Shown piece after piece: positions 50,244-61,504 of a stretch of 64,000 bases of DNA (its first letter is position 1; each line of letters begins with the position of its first letter). A program made the position numbers and the translations under genes. The notes beneath the pieces are model-generated. The model was not told where the DNA came from, made no database searches, and saw only the letters and a list, made by a program, of their open reading frames with translations. Origin of the DNA: Octopus sinensis (lineage: Eukaryota); the NCBI RefSeq assembly GCF_006345805.1, contig NC_043023.1, positions 4,960,001 to 5,024,000 on the forward strand. Direction: 5' to 3'.

Positions 50244-52187
50244 TGGTGATACACGAAGGAGTCATACCCAATGACTGGTGTAGCAGCATAATAGTCAACT
50301 GCTACAAAGGTAAAGGTGACACCCTGGATACAAATAACTACAGGGGTATCAAGCTGCTGGATCAGGTAATGAAGGTTACGGAGAGGGTTATAGCCCAACT
50401 AATTAGAGAGAGAGTTAGCTTAGATGAGATGCAGTTTGGGTTCGTGCCAGGGAAAAGTACTACTGATGCTATATTCCTGGTAAGACAGCTGCAGGAGAAA
50501 TACCTAGCCAAAGATAAGCCCCTGTACCTGGCTTTTGTTGACATGGAGAAAGCCTTCGACAGGGTCCCCCGATCCCTTATCTGGTGGTCAATGAGGAAAC
50601 TAGGGATAAATGAATGTTTAGTGAGAGCTGTGCGAGCCATGTACAGAGACGCTGCTAGTAAGGTGAGGGTTGGCAACTATTTATCATAGTCCTCCAGGCA
50701 ATAACGGAGGAATTCAAGACAGGATGCCCCTGGGAGCTCTAATTGCTGAGTCACTATCAGAACTGGAGGAGAAGTTTCAGGTGTGGAAGCAAGGATTAGA
50801 ATCGAAGGGCCTTAGAATCAACCTAGCCAAAACCAAAGTCCTAATAAGTAGGAAGGTAGACCAATCACAAACGCCTTCAGGTAGATGGCCCTGCTCGATC
50901 TGTAAAAAAGGCGTATGTAGAAACTCTATAAGGTGCACCAAGTGTAAGCTATGGACACATAAGAGGTGCAGCAATGTCAAAGGAAGGCTAACTAGGAAAA
51001 TAGTTTTTGTCTGTGGCAGATGCTCAGGAGCAATAAACACTGAAAATGTGCAGAGACCAACTTCTACCACGTTCCAGGGAGAAAAACCAGAAGTAGTTGA
51101 TAGCTTCCGCTACCTAGGTGACCAAGTCAGTAGCAGGAGTGGGTGTGCTGAAAGTGTAACTGCTAGAGTAAGAATAGCCTGGGCAAAGTTTAGAGAGCTC
51201 TTACCCCTGCTGGTGACAAAAGTCCTCTCGCTCAGAGTAAAAGGCAGACTGTATGATGCATGTGTACGAACAGCCATGCTACATGGTAGTGAAACATGGG
51301 CTGTGACTGGTGAGGATATGCGTAAGCTCGCAAGAAATGAAGCCAGTATGCTCCAATGGATGTGTAATGTCAGTGTTCATAATCAACAGAGTGTAAGTAC
51401 CTTGAGAGAAAAGTTGGACCTAAGAAGCATCAGTTGTGGTGTGCAAGAGAGTCGTTTGCGCTGGTATGGTCATGTGACGAGAATGGCTGAAGATAGTTGT
51501 GTGCAAAAGTTCCACACCCTAGCAGTTGAGGGAACCTGTGGAAGAGGTAGACCCAGGAAAACCTGGGATGAGGTGGTGAAGCACGACCTTCGAACTTTAG
51601 GTCTCACTAAGGAAATGACTAGAGACCGAGACCTTTGGAAGTATGCTGTGCGTGAGAAGACCCGGCAAGACTAGTGAGACCATAACCTGTGGCCTCTACC
51701 TGGTATGTAGCCAGTCGACTTATACATACCTTTCCTTCTTGGGACACAAAACTCCACTTGTGAAGACCCGTTGAGGCAAGTGAAAATCAAAATCAAACCA
51801 AATTAAATCAGATATCAGAAAGCAGAACCAAAATCGAAGTCGATCAACATCAATGGAAATTGCAGCTGTGATACCAGTGCCGGTGACAAGTAAGCGAACC
51901 ATTCGATTGTGGCTGTTGCCAGCACCGCCCCGACTGACCTCCGTGCCGGTGGCACATAAAAAGCACCATCCGTCCGTGGCTGTTTGCCAGCTCTGTCTGG
52001 CACCTGTGCGGGTGGCACGTAAAAAGCACCCACTACACTCACGGAGTGGTTGGCGTTAGGAAGGGCATCTGGCTATAGAAACACTGCCAGATCAGACTGG
52101 GCCTGATGCAGCCTTCTGGCTTCACAGACCCCAGTTGAACCGTCCAACCCATGGAAAGCGGACGCTAAATGATGATGATGATGATGA
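50244..52187 (+). mobile_element. 5'-truncated RTE-clade LINE (RT, PHD-like finger, 3' UTR with minisatellite, (GAT)n tail) inserted into a family A SINE
   Basis: NYRGIKLL, QFGFVPGKST, FVDMEKAFDRV, RLRWYGHV, GRGRPRKTW motifs. SINE halves at 50097-50243 and 52188-52410. Confidence 0.92.
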
Positions 52188-53519
52188 TATATATATATGT
52201 ATGTGTGTTTGTCCCCCTAGCATTGCTTGACAACTGATTCTGGTGTGTTTATGTCCCTGTCACTTACCAGTTCGGCAAAAAGAGACCAATAGAATAAGTA
52301 CTTACAAAGTACAAAGGCTTACAAAGAATAAGTCCCGGGGTCAAGTTGTTCAATTAAAGGCAGTGCTCCAGCATGGCCTCAGTCAAATGACTGAAACAAG
52401 TAAAAGAGAGATACCTTGATGGTATGTCCTGGCACCTCACCACCATCTATCTCTACCATCCCATTTATATTCTGATCCCCTCAGTGAATCCTGGTACCGT
52501 CTTCTGGCTTGCCAGCCACTGTCAGACTGTCCGACCTATGTCAACATGGAAACGGATGTTAAATGATGATGAGGAGGGTAAATTCCAAGCTGGGTCTTCT
52601 TGTACATTAATAAATCTGTTTATATCCATTTGAATTTGAACATACATATAATTTTGTATACATCCCCGTTATATGTATTTGTGTGTGTGTGTGTGTGTGT
52701 AAAATTGTGATAATGTGTATCTGTGAATACAGCTGTCTTTGTGTGTGTGTGTGTGTGTGGACATGAGTGTGTGTGTGTGTGTACATATGCATGTGTGTAT
52801 GTATGTGTATATATAAGTACATCTGTATCATTGTGTATGTATGCACAAATACATATGCATATATATATGTATGTATATATGTGTATGTATATATATATAT
52901 ATATGTGTGTGTGAGTATGGATGAATATATATCTAACTGTCTTTTCCCCTCATCTTAACTACTTGATTTGCCCTTTATTCTTTCCTCCAAGCTATCTATA
53001 CAACCCCTGCTTACTAGCTATATATAAATGCTTCTTCCAAATGTAAATCTTGTGTTTCCAATGGGAAATTTCTGAAGTGTTTATCCAACATGTACAACAT
53101 TGTAACTCCTATTAGCAAATGAAACACATGTAATGGTGAATAAATAATACAAAAACTATTTTCCAATTTCCTGTTTTGTTGTCTATGTATGTGTCTTTAT
53201 ATCTTACAGTGTGACTGATCAAGCCCCATCTCTTTTTTAGAATTTTTTAATTTTGGGAGTTTGGTTTGTTCCATCCCACAGACATCTGTTGGAAATTTTG
53301 TCTGGCCACCAGATCTTGAGGATGTTGTACAGAAATGTCTTCTACATTTTAACAATACAATTAACTTTTTAGCATTCAAATTATTCTGTCAAATGCAATA
53401 CATATTCGTTCACACTATTTTGAATTAATCATACACTACCTCAAAGCTTCAAGATTATGATGATGATGTTATCTATTTTTTAGAATAACATTGTAGGCTA
53501 GGTGTTTTTGAGTCATACT

Positions 53520-53995
53520 TTTAGAAACCTTCAACTCCTCTGCAAGGTCTCTCGTTGTGATACTTGAGTTTTCTTTGATTTTGGGGTTCAAAACATCTTC
53601 ATCCAATTTTGAAGGTTTTCCACTGCGACTGTCATCTTCCAAGCTAAATTCCCCAGCTTTAAGTTTTGCAAACCATCTTTGAACAGTTGATTCACCTGCA
53701 GCATCATCATCACCATAAACTTCTCAAATGTTTTTGCAAGTCTTTGCAGCATTTTCTTCTTTTTAAAAAAAGAAAAGCATTACAACACAAATATGAAATT
53801 TTTGGTTATCCATTTCAAATATCAATAAAAGGTAACCGGAATGAAAGATAAATCTGTTTTTAGTCAAGAACAAAGAAGAGATGCTCTACCACTTCAAGCA
53901 ATGCCTGAGTTTTAACTGTGTTACGTTTCAGGTGTGTTCAATAAAGCATTAAAGGGTTTAACCTAAAATCTCTCGGAACTTTCCGACAACCTAAT
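53520..53995 (-). mobile_element. mariner 5' remnant
   Basis: TATTAGGTTGTCGGAAAG-type end. LEDDSRSGKP HTH fragment. Confidence 0.65.
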
Positions 53996-54079
53996 ACATG
54001 CATGCACACACACACATACGTGGGAGAGCTGCACCAGGCCCCTAGTCTGGTCTAGCATGGTTGGATGAGTCTAATGGGG

Positions 54080-54555
54080 ATTACAAAAGTACGGCAGCTC
54101 AGAAAGCTTATTCTGATAAGAAAAGAACTCCTGAATTTCTTGGTGAGATCCACGCTATGACTAACAACGATCCCTCCAAGGTCCATTGCCAGAGACATGG
54201 GGGTTTCTTATCAGGCGGGTAGTACACGAAGACATTTGGTATTCCTCATACAAGATGTGAAAGGGCCAATTTTTATCACAAGTCATCAAGGACATGAGGA
54301 AAGACCACGCTACGAAGCTTTTGAACAAATTCAAGCATCTTCTCCAATTGAACATGCTTTGGTTTTTCTCAGACGAGAAAAATTTCCGCCAAGATCAGAT
54401 GGTGTACACAGAATAACTGTTGGCTTGCCATGTCCCCAAAACGTACTGAGAGGGATAAAAATCAAAAATCCAGTCAATATCATAATATTTGGAGTGATGA
54501 TGATGTTATGCCTCCATTCATATTCCCACACGGCCTCAGACTCAACACGCGGAAG
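54080..54555 (+). mobile_element. Tc1/mariner-superfamily remnant
   Basis: SIARDMGVS and WFFSDEKNF fragments. Confidence 0.65.
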
Positions 54556-55035
54556 GTAACTTTCTATATGTGTTCCTGTGTTTGTTCCAGCCCCACTGCT
54601 AAATTTTGATATCCAGCTACATTGCATGTTGCATTATATTTCTTACATCTTATTCATCATCATTTAATGTCTCTTTTCCAAGCTGGCATGGGTTAAAAGC
54701 TGGTCAGTTGAAGAGCTGTTCAGGCTTCATGTCCATTTTTGGCATGGTTTCTACGACTGGATGCCCTTCCTAACGCCAACCACTTAACAGAGTGTACTGG
54801 GTACTTCTTACATACCACCGGCACTGGGGCATTTACGTGGCACCGGTACAAGTGCTTTTTATGTGGCACCAGCACTTACGAACCTGCAAGACTCGGAATG
54901 ATCAACAGAAGGATGCAGGGGACAAGACTGTATGCAAAGACAATCACACATTTACTTAGCTTGAAGTGTCTTTTCAAGCACAGCAAACAACTAGGCGTCT
55001 CAGTTCCCTGTTATCCTCTCTGCAAGTCACAATGT

Positions 55036-55756
55036 TTACTCTTTTACTTGTTTTAGTCATTTGACTGCGGCCATGCTGGAGCACTGCCTTTAGATGAGCA
55101 AATCGACCTCAGGACTTATTCTTTGTAAGCTTAGTACTTATTCTATCAGTTTCTTTTGCTGAAACGGTAAGTTACAGGGATGTAAACACACCAGCATCAG
55201 TTGTCAAGCGATGTTGGGGGGACAAACTTACATATAAATGGGATAGGAGACCCCCTTCGGTCATGAATGACCATGGGATTGCGCCTAGAAAGTTACCTTC
55301 CGAGGGACAAGTCTGGGCAAGTTTGTTTATGGAAGACCAGCACTCGCCCATGCATACCAGCCTCCTCTCTCCACGCCACCAGTGTTATCCAAGGGAAAGG
55401 CAAAGGCAAAGGGGCTGATACAGCTTGGCACCAGTGATGTCACAACTCATTTCTATGGCTGAGTTAACTGGAGCAACATGAAATAAAGTGTCTTGCTCAA
55501 GAACACAACACAGCCCAGTCTGGGAATTGAATTCACAACCTCACGATCGTAAGCTCGACGCTCTAACCACTGAGCCATGCGCCTTCACTCATACATATAC
55601 ATATATACGATGGGCTTCTTTCAGTTTCTGTCTACCAAATCCGCTCACAAAGCTCTGGTCAGCCCGAGGCTATAGTAGAAGACACTTGCCCAAGGTGCCA
55701 CGCAGTGGGACTGAACTGGGAACCATGTGGTTGGTATGCAAGCTACTTACCACACA
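55036..55756 (-). mobile_element. SINE family A interrupted by a different tRNA-SINE (about 55240-55586, same family as 12597-12917)
   Basis: The two halves of family A flank the second SINE at the central microsatellite. Confidence 0.78.
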
Positions 55757-56127
55757 GTACACTGTGAATATTTTGTAATTCATGACTTGTGCAGTATAAA
55801 GAAAATTATGTCTAAATGTTCACAAGATCTTGTTAACTCATTCACACACATCCTCGGCAAACACCTCACAAATAACAGACCGGCAAAGCGATTATTCTGA
55901 ATCCCTAGTCTCAAGGGAGCAAATCTGAACACCAAGATAGTCATACTTTGAGTGTATTTGATGGTCAGTTTGACCAGAGGGTAAATCTCTATTATACCAC
56001 AGTGTAGTCCTGGATGCAATATGTCGGGATGAAAAAAAATTAGATGAACATAGCTTGAACACCTTTGATCATGCTTCCATTAGATAAGGACTGACCTAGG
56101 GCTAAATAGCAACAAGAATTATAGCCA

Positions 56128-56715
56128 CGGATCTTTTCCTTTTGAACGGCACTTTGTAACATAATTTCTAGGTAACTAAAAAGTTTTAAACTTCGTATAC
56201 TGGTAGAATGTGTTTATAAAACATCATTTTCTCTTGGTTTTATTGAGAAAATTCTATAGTTTGTAAGATATTTCGTCTGAAATTTCGAGCATTTCGGCAA
56301 TTTTAACCAATCGATTACCTCCATTGAGCTAAAATCATTTGCTGCGTCTAAAACTGAGACAACATCCTGTTACTAACCCTAAACCTCCCCCTACCTTAAC
56401 CCCCATCTTTTTTTCTTCATTGTTAAATTAATTTAATTGTTACGCGTATAAAAAAAAAACGAAAGCAATGGAAAATAATTTAAACAATTAACAAACAAAA
56501 TAATTCTATAATTTTATACACAGGCTTTCCGTACGTATAAAGACGATCTGGCAGAATTCTGGTTTTTACACCCCTTATAATCCCTCATAACTTTTTCTCT
56601 TTTTTTTTTTGAATTTTCAGAAAATTTTTGCGAATATATGTTCTACACACGAGAATTCATATGGTCATGAAGAAAAAGTAGAAAAAAAAATTTTAACCCC
56701 ATTCCTTTAGATCCC
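56128..56715 (+). mobile_element. Non-autonomous DNA element, GGATCT...AGATCC ends
   Basis: Shares about 80 bp with 2541-2625 and, in reverse, with 19530-19855. Confidence 0.62.
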
Positions 56716-57078
56716 TAAAAGTTCCACTCTTTTAAGAATTTTTTGTTTGTCACATCATAGTTTAAAACATGGACAATGCGATTATTTTGCTTGAATCCCA
56801 GCAATAGACTGCCCTTGGCTACATCAGCATTTCATGAGGAAAAAGTATCCGGTGGTCGTGAGATGTGCTAAAAATAACAGTTAAATCACCCTGAAATCAC
56901 TCTTTTTTATTGTATGAATTCCCGTATGTAGGACACAAATTAGGAAAATTTTCCTGGAAATTCCCCCAAATAATGCTATGAATAGACATATATGCGTGTG
57001 TGCATAATAAAATAATAATTAATCATCACTTTCATTATCGTTAATTTTGTACCACAATTCCATGGAATTTTGCTGTAA

Positions 57079-57200
57079 ACTTCCGCTTCCGGTACACCAT
57101 CCTCGTGCTTCTGTTTACAACTGTCGCAGTCACTTCCTTACCTTCGTTGTTCTGTCAGCCGTGGCTCGACGCTCCACACCTGGCCACCCCACTGAGAAAG
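57079..57200 (+). promoter_or_regulatory. Candidate promoter and non-coding first exon of the LRR gene
   Basis: Tandem ETS cores ACTTCCGCTTCCGG (57079-57092), CpG-enriched unique sequence, consensus donor GAAAG|gtatgt at 57200/57201. Confidence 0.6.
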
Positions 57201-57873
57201 GTATGTACGCCCTTGTTGGCCATGGATGAGCAAAGTCGCAGTTCCAATCCCATGTTTCTGTCTCTCTCTCTCTCTTACACCCACTTAACCGAACCATGTT
57301 AACAACGGCCAGCATGAAGGCCACAACCTCTCATTTCATAGCTTTCTGTCCTGTTAACATTTCGCAACTTTAAGGGACGAATTTTCATTTTGTTTTATTA
57401 TTTCTTTGCTTTGTCTCAACCCAGTTTTTATCGAAGGCGGTGAAACCACGAACCATCCTTTTACTGCATTTCCTTTTCGTATATTTCACATTTTAAGAGA
57501 CCAAAGTGTCATTTAGCTGCTATTTCCTGCATCTTGATCGACCACAGAACTTCCCATTCCCTCCTTGATACCAAACAAAGAAGCTTCCTTCCTTCATTTA
57601 CATTTCCGGCATCCTTCCAGGCTGTAATCACTAATTAAAAGTTAAAATATTGACGCTAATTTCGGCAATTCCTGAAAGATTCGTCGAAGCGGCCCTTCAT
57701 ACTTTGTCCCTTTTCCTCGCCTAAATTTCTTCAGAATCCAGTGTTCCAACAACTGAGATTACAATTTTACCCGGCTTTTCAAAATTTTAATCCTCGTCCC
57801 CTCCGGTTTTTGTTAAAACCTTTTTTTAAAATCTATTCATCTCTTTAAAAATCCGCAGATTACTAAATCATTC

Positions 57874-57948
<75 letters not shown>

Positions 57949-58760
57949 AGAATGTAAAAAGAGAGAGAATAGAAAGCTAACAATGCGGATAGTTTTATAA
58001 AACCTTTATGTTTCAGGCGCAAGAAGAAAAATAGTGTGGGAAATTCCTAGTCATAGGTTCTGTTAACTCATTCAAATCCCGTATATATATATGTAATAGC
58101 AAACCAAAAGAATATCCCTATTTCTACACACTACCCGCATACGTCTGTACTTGTGTATAATGGGTCTTATTGAGTACTGCATAAATGACACCACAACTCG
58201 TTGCTTTTTCTATTCTGACTGGCAGACAACCACTGTAGTTAGGAGTCGTTTAGTACTCGACTGCTTTCAATACTTCCCTTTGGTTTTATTTCCCATCTGA
58301 CGTTCATAAAATCAGTGATCCAAGAAGTTTATTTCAGCAAGACATTTCATAACTATAAGTGGTGCACAATGTGAACAACGGTTAAAAAGTGAGGGAAAAT
58401 GTGAGACTTAATTTGGCCACATGTGAGAATTCTTCAACAACCCACAACGGGGTACATTAAGCAATGCAAGTTGCTGAATCCGACAAGGATCGAACCACTG
58501 TCGTAATTGTAAGCCTTTCATTACTATCTGCTGATCTGTAAGTGTTTTGTTGGGATTCACAGTAAAACAAGGAGCAGCAGGGCGTCCGCGAGACATGTTA
58601 ATCGAATTGAAATGAAATTGAAACTAAAACAAATTCGATTTTAGGAACGTCAAATAGGATATTACCCCATCATCTGGTTGTAAACAGTTTTTTAAATACT
58701 GATATCCCTCGTTGAGAAATTCATAAATACCACATTTTACCTTAACTTCCGGAAGAGTTC

Positions 58761-59128
58761 TACTCTTTACTCTTTTACTTGTTTCAGTCATTTGACTGCG
58801 GCCATGCTGGAGCACCGTCTTTAGTCGAACAAATTGACTCCAGGACTTATTCTTTGTAAGCCCAGTACTTATTCTATCGGTTTCTTTTGCCGAACCGCTA
58901 AGTGTCAGGGACATAAACACACCAGCATCGGTTGTCAAGCAATGTTGGAGGGACAAACACAGACATACAAACATACACACACACATATATACGATGGGCT
59001 TCTTTCAGTTTCCGCCTACCAAATCCACGAGGCTATAGTAGAAGACACTTGCCCAAGGTGCCACGCAGTGGGACTGAACCCAGAACCATGTGGTTGGTAA
59101 ACAAGCTACTTACCACACAGCCACTCCT
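58761..59128 (-). mobile_element. SINE family A
   Basis: Reverse copy with a small internal deletion. Confidence 0.85.
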
Positions 59129-59725
59129 GTCCACATTTAACTGAGTGGAAATCTTTATACTTCTATTGGAAATCAATAATGTTGACAAGCGACCTCCAGA
59201 AAACACGGCCTGAAAAGAAGCAAAACTATAGTTAAGTTCAGCCCTCCTCGAATTTGTTTCCCCAGTAAATTTTTAGACAATGTGTTCTTAAATGACATTT
59301 TTCTGAATTACGTTTGCAAGAGTGTAGATCATAATTATGCTGATAAAATGTAGGAAAACAATTAAGGAAATGTTTCCGGTCGTTCTTCCTCCTTACAACC
59401 TTGACTTTGTAGCACACATCCTAATCCTAAATTCCTTCAATTCTTTCTTTTAATGTGTGATATATATATATATATATATAAAATATTATTGAGACACTAT
59501 TTTGCAAACAAACAAGGAAAGACTAATCAATACATAAAATTTAATAATATTAAATTTTATGTATTGATTAAGTCTTTCCTTGTTTGTTTTGCAAATAGTG
59601 GTTTTGTCTCAAATAATATTTTTAATATTTTACTATAAAATTGGATTTAATCCTAAATCTGATTTTTTTCCCTGTAAATTTGGATATATTCTAATATTTA
59701 TTATTTATTATATTATATATATATA

Positions 59726-60117
59726 GGCACAGGAGGGGCAGTGTGGTAGGTAGCTTGCTTACCAACCACATGGTTCCGGGTTCATTCCCACTGTAGGGCA
59801 CCTTGGGCAGTGTCTTCTACTATAGCCTCGGGCCGACCAAAGCCTTGTGAGTGGATTTGGTAGACGGAAACTGAAAGAAGCCTGTCGTGTATATGTATAT
59901 ATATATATGTGTGTGTTTGTGTTTGTCCCCCCAACATCACTTGACAACCGATGCTGGTATGTTTATGTCCCCGTAACTTAGCAGTTCGGCAAAAGAGACC
60001 GATAGAATAAGTACTAGGCTTATAAAGAAAAAGTCCTGGGGTCGATTTGCTCAACTAAAGGCGGTGCTCCAGCATGGCCACAGTTAAAATGACTGAAGCA
60101 AGTAAAAGAGTAAAAGA
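59726..60117 (+). mobile_element. SINE family A
   Basis: Full-length copy. Confidence 0.85.
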
Positions 60118-60141
60118 ATATATTATATATATATATATATA

Positions 60142-60400
60142 ATCATCATCATCATCATTTAGCGTCCGCTTTCCATGCTAGCATGGGTTGGACGGGTCAA
60201 CTGGGGTCCGTGAAGCTGGAAGGCTTCGTCAGGCCCAGTCAGATCTGGCAGTGCTTCTACGGCTGGATGCCCTTCCTAACGCCAACCACTCCGCGAGTGT
60301 AGTGGGTGCTTTTTACGTGCCACCTGCACAGGTGTCAGACAGAGCTGGCAAACGGCCACGAACGGATGGTGCTTTTACGTGTCACCGGCACGGGGCCAGG
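60142..60400 (-). mobile_element. RTE 3' UTR fragment
   Basis: Reverse copy. Confidence 0.85.
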
Positions 60401-60438
<38 letters not shown>

Positions 60439-60633
60439 CTGATGCCATGTAAAAAGCATCCAGTTTGCACTGTAAAGTGGTTGGCATGTGGAAGAGCAAG
60501 ACCATATCATAGTGGCAGGAACATTTTTACCTGATATGGATTACAATATTAAAAACCTTTATATCTTATTTGCCTGTTTCCTCCTTTGTAAGGTTCAGCA
60601 TTTTGAGATCGGCCATAAGCTGCTCCTTTTAAA

Positions 60634-60767
60634 CTTAGCAAGAGTTAAACCAGACTCTGAGACATTGATTCAAGTGTCAATATTGTTTAATGTGCTTATA
60701 GGGGCTGACCCCATCATCTTGTTCTTGGGATCAGTGGCACCAGCTATATCAGGATTAGGATCTAGAG
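60634..60767 (-). repeat. Inverted duplicate of LRR-gene coding sequence 61755-61888
   Basis: 134 bp, 4 mismatches, no gaps. Confidence 0.97.
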
Positions 60768-61081
60768 GCAGTGCTCCAGCATGGCTACAGTTTACTTGTT
60801 TCAGTCATTTTAACTGTAGCCATGCTGGAGCACCGCCTCTAGATCCTAATCCTATTTACCACTGTTTTTACCCCAAGCTCTCACCCAATACATAATGTAG
60901 ACAACTCACAGGCTCTGTCCATCTCAGGTTCCTTCATCCAGTCATTGCAGAAGAATACTTGAACAATTTTTCTACTCCTTCACAAACAAAATCCACTCTT
61001 TCGAAACAATGCATCTGAAGAATCAATGTGTTTTATGAAAGTAAATGATGTTAAAACCTTTTATGTATTTTGATCCATCAA

Positions 61082-61300
61082 CCCTTTAGCATTCAAAACG
61101 GCGATATTAGGCCCAAATATTCTACCTGTTTTATGTTAAAACCAGCCAGATCTGGTCTTTGCCATCTACCCTATAATGTCATTCTAAAAGTAAAAACAAT
61201 CACATCATAATCTTGAAGCTAAAAGATAATCCATGATTAATTCAAAACAATGTGAATAAATAAGCAGCACATTTGATGGAATAATTTGAATGCTGAAGGG
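61082..61300. mobile_element. MITE with CCCTTTAGCATTCAAA TIRs (piggyBac-like ends)
   Basis: Inverted termini. Partial relative at about 53360-53500. Confidence 0.65.
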
Positions 61301-61504
61301 TTTCTTTTATTTAATTATGTTTCTTGCATTTGTATCTTTATTTCCTTGAAGCAAAGTATTGTTTATTCTAGGCATAAAAGGACGAGTCATGCACTAGTTT
61401 TAATAATTAACTAATTAAGTCTGAGTTTCTCCATAATAATTATATTAATGAAGGTTTTTTTTCTTTTTTTCTCTTTCTTCCAAATCCATTTTAGTTGGAG
61501 GCAA

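Noticed and set aside
60488-60895. 135-aa ORF sharing sequence with the antisense ORF 61555-61968
   Set aside because: Both are antisense readings of the LRR coding segment. The similarity reflects the inverted duplication, not a membrane-protein gene pair.
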